DNA of 61,742 nt, counting the filler, from Platydemus manokwari (taxonomy: Eukaryota): the NCBI GenBank assembly GCA_037951405.1. It is 6 parts of 6 records of this genome, joined end to end, with 100 filler letters (N's around TTAATTAATTAA, not from the genome) between each part and the next. Parts side by side here need not be neighbours in the genome. Positions count along the whole stretch, not along the records: positions 1 to 8,850 come from JBBMOY011339538.1; positions 8,951 to 21,601 come from JBBMOY010031124.1; 4 more parts are not named here. One strand, given 5' to 3'. Of the stretch, positions 1-11,790 are shown piece by piece. The position numbers were made by a program, and so were the translations under genes. Numbering within the stretch: position 1 is the first letter of the stretch; each line of letters opens with the position of its first letter. The notes beneath the pieces were generated by a model, which had not been told where the DNA came from, searched no databases, and saw nothing but the letters and a program-made list of their open reading frames with translations.

Positions 1-640
1 TATAGTATTTTTATAAAAGACTGATAGTCGAGAGAGTTGATTTGAATTTAAATCAGATCAGCTTTAAAGAACTCACTTGTGTTGGGATCACTAACTAATA
101 AGAACAAAACCCAACACTTCTTTTGTCAATTCGCTTGGAGCAATCTTTATTATTTAGGTAAGTAATAAGAGTAATCATAAGAGTAATCATTCAGGACAGT
201 GATAATATCTTCCATTTCTTCATCGTCGTTGAATTGGTCATTTTCACTATATATCTACCATTTCAACCATTAGCGCCAATACGACTCCTTCCCAAGGACT
301 GGAGGTATAGGGGATGTCATCCTTATAAGAGTAATCATACTTTCTGTCCAATCATTATGGTTGTCTTCTTTATCAGGTAAGTCTGGGTTTTCCCGTCCAA
401 GTAAGTTTGGAATTTCGGGAGAACCTATTGTGGGAGTTCCTCTTAGTGCTGAGGTCATGATTAAGACCATTATCTTTGTGAGCATACTCATCATAATCAA
501 CTCTATTGATAGAGACAAGTAGTTTTTGATCAAGTGCAAAAGCATGGTAGTTTTGTGTTACCTGATAGATTCCTTTAGTTGACGTCAAATTTATTTTAAA
601 AAATAAATTTTTAAATTCAGCAATTTTCAATTAAGTAATA
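1..640 (-). mobile_element. Decayed retroelement-like remnant
   Basis: GC-richer, stop-interrupted coding-like sequence (DYDEYAHKD...KYDYSYKDDIPY) followed on minus by a purine tract AAAAGAAG then TGTTGGG (position 116 leftward), like PPT + LTR start. Motif CAATTCGCTTGGA is shared with about 21719. Confidence 0.3.
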
Positions 641-999
641 ATTTAAATGATACTATGTATTTCGCAAAATTAGAAATAATTGAATCGTTTATTAAATTAA
701 GTTACAATCAAGATAATTATTCATGAATTGAAATACAAAATAAAGACATTTGAATTTTTTGTTTTTTAATATTAAAATTGATATTTTTATTCAAAGCATT
801 ATTATCAACTAGCGTTTATTTTAACTAGTTGATGAAATATTAAAAAAATAACTGAGGTGAAAAATAAATGACTAATTTTTTTAGATTCCCGAGCTTTCTA
901 ATTTAATTGCACGTTATATTATGATCTCAATATTCACATATTCTCTAACATTGTTTATGTTAGATTTGATGGTTTTCTCAGTGTCAAAAATCAAAACTG

Positions 1000-2434
1000 T
1001 TAATATTCTTCGTCAATAGTTGTATCTTGAAATTGCTGGTATTCACTAATCAGATCATTTAAATTAGATTCAGCCTCAGTAAATTCCATTTCATCCATGC
1101 CTTCTCCTGTGTACCAATGTAAGAAAGCTTTTCTTCTGTACATAGCAGCGTACTGCTCAGCTATTCTTTTGAATATTTCTTGAATTGCCGTATTATTTCC
1201 AATAAAAGTAACAGCCATTTTCATTCCTCTAGGGGGAATATCACAAACTGCAGTTTTAACGTTACTGGGAATCCATTCCACAAAATAGGCGCTATTTTTA
1301 TTTTGAACATTTAGCATTTCTTCGTCTACCTCTTTTACTGAAAGTCTTCCTCTAAACATTGCTGCAACAGTAAGATACTTCCCGTGTCTTGGATCACAAG
1401 CAGCCATCAAATTTTTGCAATCAAACATCTGCTGTGTAAGGTCATGTACTGAATATGTTCTATACGGTTGAGAGTGTCGGCTAGTTAAAGGTGCAAAACC
1501 AGGTACAAAGAAATGCAATCGAGGAAACGGAATTAAATTCGTTCCTAGCTTTCTTAAATCTGCGTTTAGTTGACCAGGAAATCTTAAACATGTTGTAACT
1601 CCAGACATAGTTGCACTAACCAAATGATTCAAATCACCATATGTTGGATTACTAAGCTTTAATGTTCTAAAACAAATATCATATAGAGCTTCATTATCTA
1701 TAGTGAAAGTTTCATCTGCCATCTCAACTAATTGATGAATAGCAAGAGTAGCATTGTATGGTTCTACTACAACATCCGATACCTATTAGAAAAGTTGATA
1801 TGGAAAACAACTTAAACACTTTACCTTAGGAGATGGATATGTAGAAAATGTACAGACTATTCGATCAGGAAATTCTTCTCTTATTTTACTAAGAAGCAAT
1901 GTTCCCATACCAGATCCAGTTCCACCTCCAAGAGAATGTACGACTTGAAAGCCTTGTAGACACTCACAAGCCTCAGATTCCTTTCGCACTAATTCAAGAA
2001 CAGAATCTATAAGCTCAGCTCCGTCAGTGTAATGGCCTTTAGCCCAGTTATTGCCAGCTCCAGTATGACCATAAGCAAAATTATCAGGTCTAAACAAACT
2101 TCCATATGGACCACATTTGACGGAATCCATCGTACTTGGTTCTAAATCTGTTAGTATTGTTCTTGGTACCAAGCGACCTCCTATTTTAAAAAGCTTACTT
2201 ATATCCAATGGAAATGAATATAAATACCAGTTGCTTCGTTGTAATATACATTTATTCTTTCTAGTTGTAAATCACTGTCACCTTTATAAAATCCATCGAC
2301 ACTTAATCCATGTTCATCAGATATAACTTCCCAAAACTAAACTTTTATGTATTAAAAACATGAAATTCATTGCAAACCTTCGCTCCCATTTGATTTCCAC
2401 ATTGGCCAACTTGAATGTATACAATTTCACGCAT
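1000..2434 (-). CDS. TUBB: Beta-tubulin, 4 exons (2434-2378, 2336-2228, 2180-1825, 1782-1000), 434 aa
   Basis: [15 protein letters not shown] start, [12 protein letters not shown] loop, [24 protein letters not shown] introns of 41, 47 and 42 nt give a continuous 1305-nt frame. Confidence 0.98.
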
Positions 2435-4059
2435 TTTTTCTTTTGAAGCTCTTTATTATATGTTGCTAAGCTTAGGTGAATAAGAATCGATTATTTCAAA
2501 ATTTCAAAATATGAAATCGAATTTTTAATAAATGAATCTTTTAAATTTAAATTATTAAATTCCAAACAACTTTGAAGTTAAATGAGAAAATGATGAAAAT
2601 CATGATAATCAATATAATCATAATAACAATGATAATCATAATCATAATCATAATATTAATATTCAAGAAAAAGTCTTCCAACTAAATGATTCATCTGAAA
2701 GCAATGAAACAGTCAGTTAAACATACAGCTTCAGTTTCAAAAGAAAAAAGACAGAAAATCAAAGGAATGATGAAATACTTCTACACTAGAAACTGCAATG
2801 AATAAAGTCAATAAAGAGATATGTAGGAAAGTAAGAAAAAGCAAATCATATAAAGTGTAATGAAAGATTTTGAGAATAGAGAATTGACGGAAAAATAAGG
2901 AGTATAGAAGAAAAGGCATCTAAAATATTGAGAGTTCATTGCTAATATATTGATAGACAAGTAGTGAATGCTAATGAGATAACATAACTTTTCAGTATCC
3001 ATAAAGCGCTTAGAAATGAATCTTTACAAGTCACCTCCACCTGGGAAATTACAAACATTAGAAATCCTTCTTAAAAATATTAATTATTATAAAAACAGGA
3101 TTATATCAAATTTTAAGTTTGTATTATCGTCATTTCGTTTCTTTAAAATAAGGATAGTAAAATCATAGTAAAATCACATTAACGCAGTTTTAGAGCCCTA
3201 AAATAAACAGAAATAATCAAAATCAGTTCGTTTTACAGTCCAAATTATGTTAAAATGTGTCTAACAGTTTAGATTTTCATCTTTTTTAGCTACGGATTTT
3301 AACTCTTGAATTTTGATTGATTACTTCCTGATTTCCATTTTTTTAAGTATAAAGATGTAAGTTCTTTGTGCATTCTTCTTGTACCAAACATAAATTTCAA
3401 GATATGTGATTAAAGGGCTCACATGATGTTTCTCCACCATCCGTATGTACCATTTCAAAGAGGTTATTTCAAGGTCCTGATCAAGATTTTTTCTAAAGAT
3501 TGCCTGACACTTCTTAATATTTTGTCCAGAAATCTCAATTATCATCTACTACTAATTACTTTTACATTTAGTTAACATTTAAATGAACTAAAAATTCATC
3601 GCTTGGGTGAAAATTTATAAATGATTTTTGAATATTTTAACTAACTTAAAGTAATCATCTTCAGTGGATTTTTTCATTTTAAATAATTAAGATTTCAAGA
3701 AGGAAAATTACTTTAAAACATGAACAGACTAATTTAATTCTTGATGTAAAAAAGTTATTTTCATGATTCCAACCAACTAAAATCTTGTTTGACTTTAATT
3801 GAAATAACAAATATCAGTTAAAATATAAAAACAAAGTGCTGTCCAAAGGACAATATCAATATTAATAAATTTAATATATCAAGAAAATAGTTTTATTGTC
3901 ACAAAATCACAAAAGTCTTTACATGAAATTGATTGTTTATTGGATTATCCATTCGAATTATCCAAATCCAATACAGACAATTTTCTTTAATTTCTTGCAT
4001 ATATTTGCTCTATTTCTTGAATATCTCTTGATTTATTAAACTTCAGATTAGATTCTTTC

Positions 4060-4330
4060 CAAAATTTTCAATTGTCTAAAAAAGGCATTAAATATGATAT
4101 TAAACAGAAACAACCATTAAATTTCATTTGTATTATTAAGTTGGATTCCGATGTAGTTCGAACACATCCCGAAATAATCTTTAAATTTATAAATTCAATT
4201 ATTAAATCTATGAACCCAATTTGTAAGCCAATTATCATCCCAAAATCATTATCACAAACCAGTCATTCTATAAACTTATCATATCGCGAAGCCAGTACAT
4301 ATTCTTCATCAACTCCCATTTCAGTCTATC
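4060..4330 (-). mobile_element. Possible non-LTR retrotransposon RT C-terminal remnant
   Basis: Minus-strand reading GVDEEYVLASRYDKFIE*...LKIISGCVRTTSESNL resembles the post-RT WG...Y...LRxITGAxRTT signature of LINEs; has stops. Confidence 0.3.
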
Positions 4331-4878
4331 CTGTAAATCAAGAAACAGGATTGATTTTTGTGTTTTGATGTTTGACAATTAGTAATTAAAGAAGCAACTG
4401 ATTATCGAAAATTTGATTTTTTTGTTTTGTCAATGTTAATCTCTCGATTTTGGATTACAAGTTAAACATATTTAAAAATAAATTATCAAAGTTCTTGCGC
4501 TCATGGCAGGATCACTAAGACTTATTGTTTTAAAAATCATCTGTGTTCGACTTATTCAGTGTGAAATTTTTGTGATTGATTTAAATAAATTTTATAATTC
4601 AATTTGTATTAATTGAATCTGTATTTCTATTCCAATAACTTTAAAACTTTCAATTATATACATAATTGAGTTCCATAACAACATAAATAACACCAGAAAC
4701 CCAAAAATTACGTATATATTATCAGTGATAATGATACAATAATAAATAAGTCGAAATTAGTAAATATAATCTTTGTTAAAATCAAGATAGTCAGTTCGAA
4801 GAAATAAAGAAAAGCCTACCATTTGTGACCGACAATAAAGTATAATAATCATTTTTAAGAATCGATTATTTTATAGGT

Positions 4879-5800
4879 TGTGTTGCATCTGTTTGCTTGC
4901 AACCTCAAGTTTTACTTTTAGTTTATTAGAATCATTGGATAATTTGTTCACATATTCTATTAATAATCCAATCAAAGAGTGGTAGTGCTAATCGGCTATC
5001 TCTCTAGATGGTTATTCTAATGGCTTTACTAGACGTTTTGGATTCGTTTTGTTTCGTATTCTTTGAGGTGGGTTTGGATCTGTAATTGAACTTGTTAAAT
5101 ATTTTATCTGTACAATTTCTTATTAAATACATATTTTCTTAAAATCAGTAAAATTTCAAAATCTGTAAAACTGGCTTAAGGTAATTCTTTGCCCATTTAA
5201 ACACAAAATCCAAGCAATATAAAAATGATATTAAAGCCTATTAAAATTCATATTCTGTACTTCATCAACTATCAGTTAAATTTAATTATCCCTGATTTTA
5301 CAAACCTGGCAAAACCCATAATTTGATTTGACAATATACATGGGTTTTTGTGTCTTATTGATACTTAATTATTATTAATAAAAGAGATCCGAATTAGGAT
5401 GATTCTTTTAATTAATTTGACAATTTTAGATTACTATTTTGATTTTAAACCCAACACATTTAGGCTCTTTAGGTGTATTTATAGTACACCTGACTCTAAA
5501 AGGTGAATGTGTCTAATTGATGAACGAGTTTATTTGAATATAAATAAATAGCAAAGATAAATAAAATTGTAATTTAAGTAACAATTATCTCAACAAATAT
5601 TTCAAGAATATAATTATGAGTTAAATAACAATTACTTTACTATAAATAACCAGGTGATTTGATGGGACGTCTTAAGATAATTTTGTTTCTGTTTCTTAGA
5701 GACTGTATTCAGATAGGGTGAAGATTTTATATGGGTTCTTATGACTCTGACTGTAAGGATCCTCAGGCCTAAAGGCATCGTAACCACTATACTTGATTTG
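4879..5800 (-). mobile_element. Candidate LTR (4879-5458) plus adjacent internal remnant
   Basis: Terminal inverted repeat TGTGTTG...CAACACA spanning 580 bp, with AATAAA about 40 nt before the 3' end on minus. Upstream minus-strand remnant SLRNRNKIILRRPIKSPGYL resembles a retrotransposon pol tail. Confidence 0.4.
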
Positions 5801-7410
5801 TTTTTGAATTTTTAGAGTTTATTTTATTTTAATTTCTAGTTGAACTGGATTCAATATAGAATTCGCATGTAAATTGTTATAAGATATCTGGTTCTAATTA
5901 AAACAATCGATGGTTAGTTGTAAACGCACAATTAATTTAATATTAAAGATAATGATTAAGTGGTTACTTTAAAGATTTAAATGATGTAAATTTGCAAAGA
6001 ACTATTACAAACTACTCTACGTTTAAGTATAATGTGCTTACTAAACTGTCTGAATACTCTGTTCAAGGTCAACGCTAGTTTATTTGTTCTCGGTAGGGGT
6101 CTAATTTTCCTTGAATCAAAATATATCAAATATATTTGATCACAGTATCTTTTTTACAATTTTGACGAGATGAATTCCTTTAGTTTTCATGGTTTACGTT
6201 TATTTTTGTTTCTACGTTAGTTTTTTATTAATTCCCGTTAGATTAATTCATTATATATATGAATAATATTTGCTAGCTATAATTATCTGTTTGATTAGTT
6301 AATCCTCGGCAACGATCATGGATTTGATTAACTGTTCCACAAGATCGAATATGATAATTTAATAGCTTTGATATCTATTAATTGAAATGATTCAATTTAG
6401 AATTGATAATGATTTACTTTCTTAGTTAATGCCTATCTTTCCATACGGGCGCACTTAATAAATAAGTTACCGTTTATATAATAATATTTTCCTGGGCGCT
6501 TTTTTTATAATTTTGTTTATTTTTTATGCTATTTTAAGGTATTTTATTAATTTATTTTTATTAAGGATTTATTTGATCTATTTACGTTTATTATTTTATT
6601 TTTAGTTTTATTAAACATTCATGGAAAATTTTTTTTACTTTTTTTTATTTGTGTTTTAGCCTAAATATTTTCCTTATCTATCTATTAATTACTTTGTTAT
6701 TATTACAGGTATATTGCTATTAATATTTCATTAATTTCTTATGATTATTTTACTGCTCATTATTTTGTCTGAAAAAACATTCGATAAAGACAAAGATTAA
6801 GATGAAAATAAATTAAAAATAAGTCATTATTTTTTACATTTAAAGATTTCAATATTTTACATTTCTGGTTTCATTAGAATAAATGAAATTAAACCATATT
6901 CAATAGTCAATGTTAATATTTTGTAAATTTAAATGTGGCTATTGGCCTTAATTCTGTTTCTGCTTTATTGAAACAAAAGTTCCCTTAATTAGGAATTTAA
7001 ATAATTCATTATGGATCTCCTAACTTATCTCCGATAGACTTCGCCATAACGAAAAATAATCTAAAATGTGTAAATTTTGAAATGTTACTTTATTCATATT
7101 CTCCCATTAAGTAATATTTATTTATTTCATAGAAAATTACTTATAATGCTATAATAGTTTCATTTTCTTGATAATTTGTAACTAATGATAATTTGTATTA
7201 GGAATAAATTTTATAAGCATTGTGTTATTTATATATTAAGTAAACAATCATTTTAGATGAATTAATAATTTTGAATTAATTAACACGTAAATTAATGTTA
7301 TGTGCAAACTAAATATAAAGTTTTAAAAATAAAAATTCTGTTTAATTTTTTTGATAGTTAACAAAGATAATTCTATTGTTTAAATTAGCTTATTAAGTTT
7401 CAATTTTAAC

Positions 7411-8227
7411 ATGTCTTATGCTGGTGATTTAAGTAAAAGAAAGATATATGTTGGAAATCTTCCACCTGAAATAAGGCATCGCGATCTTGACGATTTATTT
7501 TATAAATATGGTAAAATAATAGATATTGACATAAAAGATAGAAAGAAGCCACCTTTTGCATTTATTGAGTTTGATGATCCTAGGTTAGCTTAATAGATTT
7601 TAACTCCAGCATACAATTCAAACATTTTTATAGGGATGCTGAAGATGCAGTTAATGGTAGAAATGGATATAATTATGACGGTTTCAGATTGAGAGTGGAA
7701 TTTCCCAGAGGAAATAATGACAGCCATGGAAGCTATTCCGGTCGCAATAAAACGGACGAAAGAACATTCACCCGAAATAAAACTTCTGGACCTTCTCGTC
7801 GTTCAGAATTTCGGGTTTTTGTGTCTGGGCTTCCTCCTACTGGGAGTTGGCAAGATTTGAAAGATCACATGCGTGAAGCAGGCGATGTCGGTCATGCTGA
7901 TGTATTTAGAGATGGCACCGGAGTTTGTGAGTTTCTTAGAATTGAAGATATGAAGTATGCAATGAAGCATCTTGACGATACGAAATTCAAATCTCACGAG
8001 GTTATAAGTTTAAGATCCGGCAATATTAAAGGATAATTCAGGGAGAAATATCATATATTAGAGTAGAGGAAGATCGAGGAGCAAAAGGTAGGTCTCGGTC
8101 AAGATCTAAATCGAGAAGTTATAAAGTTCGTGTTAATGGAAGGCAAACACCAACTTATTCTCCGATGAGAAGAAGTTCTCCCACATATTCTAATTATTCT
8201 AGATCGCGATCTAAATCACGTACTTGA
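7411..8227 (+). CDS. SRSF1: Serine/arginine-rich splicing factor SRSF1/9-like, 3 exons (7411-7583, 7634-8000, 8042-8227), 241 aa
   Basis: RRM1 IYVGNLPP...[17 protein letters not shown], pseudo-RRM [15 protein letters not shown], short RS tail ending RSRSKSRT*. Introns of 50 and 41 nt at the DPR|D and SHE|G positions. Confidence 0.95.
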
Positions 8228-8850
8228 TGTGAGCTTTTATTGTTTTTGCATTATAAAAAAATTCAAGCGCTCAGTACCATAAAAGTAAATTTAACTCATT
8301 AAATAATTTCTTGCAAGGATTTTGGACAAAGAAAATGAAGTAATCGACATAGTTTATGAAAATTGCAGAATTTGTTAACTTTCATGTTATCGTTAATTTG
8401 CTTGGATATTTTTAAATGGACAAAATGTATAAAGGATATTAATAATAATTACATTGGATAAGGATTTTGGATAGCATATCCTTGGTGAGTTGCTCAATTA
8501 CATGATGTTAATTTTGTTCTGTCCTTTTATCGGTTTCTTTCTCAACTTTTACTTGTTAATTAATTTTATCTTTATAATATTGTTTTATCGTTTATTTTAT
8601 GATGTTTTTATTTCAGATCTTTCAAGGAGAAAGTTATAGAAATGATATTGTACATTAACTGTAATATTTATAAATTGTTACTAATTAAATAGTTTTGTAA
8701 TAAATTGGTGATATTTTTAATTATTTAATTAATCTTATGAATTAAAATTAAATGAGTTGATTAATGTTTTAGATTGAAAATTAAGTCAACTTATGTTATT
8801 TCGACTATTAAAGTTTTCATTTAAATTATCTAGATTTCCAAACTTTAATT

Positions 8851-8950
8851 NNNNNNNNNNNNNNNNNNNNNNNNNNNNNNNNNNNNNNNNNNNNTTAATT
8901 AATTAANNNNNNNNNNNNNNNNNNNNNNNNNNNNNNNNNNNNNNNNNNNN
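8851..8950. other. Artificial contig spacer
   Basis: 44 N + TTAATTAATTAA (stop codons in all six frames) + 44 N; identical five times in the window. Confidence 0.98.
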
Positions 8951-10065
8951 ATTTTAAAGCGAGTTATAGTATTTTAAAGTATACGTTTACAAACGGCCAT
9001 TATTTTCCCAACAACCTAATAATAAAAGTACGTCTTATAATCGCTATTATACAGTAATTTTTATAATTGGGAGCCATATGATGGTTTGTGAAATTATAAA
9101 CCATATTTAATCAACCTTTTGATTTATTCATAAATTATGAAACACAAATTAAGCTCTCATGAACTGTTTATTCTTCACAATTCTGTCAAACATTTTTATT
9201 GAAAAAAATTTTTTTATAACGCATATACGAATTTTAATATTAAATGCAATACTACAACAAGCGAGTATGAAATCATTGTACAGGATAATTTTTATTCTCA
9301 TTATTTATATCTACAAGTAGTCAACAAATTAAATTGTAATTAAACGGGAAACAATTTATTTTTTATAAAATTCTATGCATAAGGGTGTTTTTGCAGGATG
9401 AAATTGTAATTTTAATCTTGCCATAAGCATAATATTGTCAGTAATCACGCGAGATGGATGTTTCGATATTGTAAATACGAATTGTATTCATGTAGGCCTT
9501 AATAAATGAGTTGATGTGACGGGATAAAATTTTATTTTGTCTTGACATTACCAGAACTTGATTATATTTTGATAAAATAAAAATACTAACGTTTTGTTTT
9601 TTAATAATTCATTAAAAGATATAATTCAGCCATTTCTTTATCAAGAAACAGAACTTGAATTATAGATAGGTTCATATTAATCCTATTAGAATTTTATTAC
9701 TCTAACGTTTTTCTAGAGATAATCAATCTATCGAAATATCCGTTTGTTATGATTGCTTAAGGATTTTGGACTTCACACTCCTTCGTAATTCATTTACCTA
9801 AGATATGCGTACACTCAACCATTCCAAAAATGGCAACAAAGACAAATTAACAAAGCACCTTAGTTTGAAAGCTGGGAAATACCCCAATGAAATCGTATTC
9901 AATGCAGACCTAATTAAATCAATAAATTCCAAGCAGATAATTCACAACCAAATATTCTATTGACTTCAAAATTTATCAGTAATCGTCTATCTATTTAATA
10001 TAGAATATTATTTATGGAATTTAAAGTGATCAGAGCTAAAGTTTGCATTTATTGATAATATAACC

Positions 10066-10562
10066 CAGTGATTCCCAAACGTTTCGGGTGTACCGCCCCC
10101 TTTTTAGAATAAATATTACTTAGCGCCCCCCAAACTAACTCACACCAATTTTTTAAAACTTTTAGTAGAAATTTATAAAATAATCTTAATGTTACTATCT
10201 TTTGTTACTTAATTTTAACTTCTCGTAATATCACATCAAACTAGCCTTTCTTTTAGTTTTATTTCAGTTAATCATTACCGGGAATCCCATAAATATTACA
10301 GCTCTACTACCGGACTTCGGCGTTGCAAGCGACAAAGCGCATAGCAGTAGCATTGAGTGCGCGATTACACATACTTCAATGAAAACTAGTGAGAACGTAC
10401 AGCACGTTGTTTAAAGACAAATTAAGCGTTTTGAGCAATTGAAGCACATCAAAATTTTTAATAATCATTTTCTTACATTCTTATAGTATTATCGCCCTCA
10501 AATGAGCTTGTATTCACCACCGACCCTCTGGATACTAGCAGCGTCCACCTTAGGAATCACTG
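10066..10562. mobile_element. Non-autonomous hAT (Buster/Charlie-type) MITE, 497 bp
   Basis: TIRs CAGTGATTCCCAA / TTAGGAATCACTG; perfect 8-bp TSD ATATAACC (10058-10065 and 10563-10570) with central TA. Confidence 0.92.
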
Positions 10563-11589
10563 ATATAACCTATTATATACAAACTATTGCTAAAAATCGA
10601 TATTAGATGAATTCCACTGATTTTCTCAACCACAAGGGTAATATTTATTAATAATATAATATAACTGTGAATAAACAACCTTATAATTCCACTACATTTC
10701 AATCATAATAAAAGTTATTAACAAACTGTACTGATTATGCTCGGCATTAGAAACCAAAGATTAATAAATGTATTACCTATTTTGTTGACTATTTTTGATG
10801 TACGATTAATATTTCATTGAAGGTATTATCACACTTAAGTTAGGAGAAAAATAATTACTAATTAGACTTGAAAACCAATTTGGACGTTTGTATTTGAATG
10901 CCGGAATAACGACTGGTAATGCAATGATCTGAAAAATAAATTTTTAATAAGAATTCTCGTCAAATGTAACTGAAATTTTAGTAGTGTTTTTGGACTGAAT
11001 TTTTCAAGAATAGTCGTTTCAATTTGTGTTTCAATTATGTTTTCGTGCATTTAGATTGAGAATGGATCTCTGATTTATTCTTTGATTTATGATGCTTGCA
11101 CGTACATGAATGCATATTTGATGTTAATTCTATTGTAGCTTTTTGTTGTCACGGCAATCACCATAATATTATGGAGATCACTCTTTGCCAATGTGATTTT
11201 ATTCGTTTTTCATGCTTGTGATCATTCGTGCCATTGCTTTTACATTGATAACATACACATTATAGAGGCCAGTTTAATATGAAATATTCGATATTGTGAA
11301 ATTCTGATTGAGTATATCTTTATCATGTTTTTCGTTCTGTAAAATAAAAATTATGAGGACTAAACTTGAAATTGAGCGATATTTATGTTATTTTAAATCA
11401 TAATATTTATAAAATAATATTATAATAATAATTATAATAATATAATTATAAAATAATAAATCGAAGTTGCTCAAGGAAATAATAGTCCAAAGAAACATAT
11501 GTCAGAATTACAATGGGTTCATCATCCTAAAAATCAAAAATAAAAACAATTTACCGACTAGAGGACTTGCTGTTGTTTTTGAGAATCGA

Positions 11590-11790
11590 TCCATTTATAG
11601 ACTTTTTGACTTACAGCTTTGCTTTTCATTGGTTACAATCGTCTGAAAAATAGCATGTTTATAATTTTCTTCTAACTCTTATGTTATTGGTGTATCTCGA
11701 TGTTCGTTGCCTGGTTGTTGGTATGCGCAATTGTGATCTAAATATAGATTGATAATTTGAATACCTATGATTCGTTATCGGCACGTGTGT
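11590..11790 (+). repeat. Dispersed repeat, diverged direct copy of about 15030-15220
   Basis: Shared collinear blocks TGCTTTTCATT..AATCGTCTGAAAA.TAGC, TGTATCTCGAT.TTCGTTGC, ATTGATAATTT, CTATGATT. Confidence 0.75.

Noticed and set aside
9749-9990. Exon-like pair VCIEYDFIGVFPSFQTK | VNELRRSVKSKILKQS* on minus
   Set aside because: The next upstream exon candidate has an in-frame stop and no family is recognisable.
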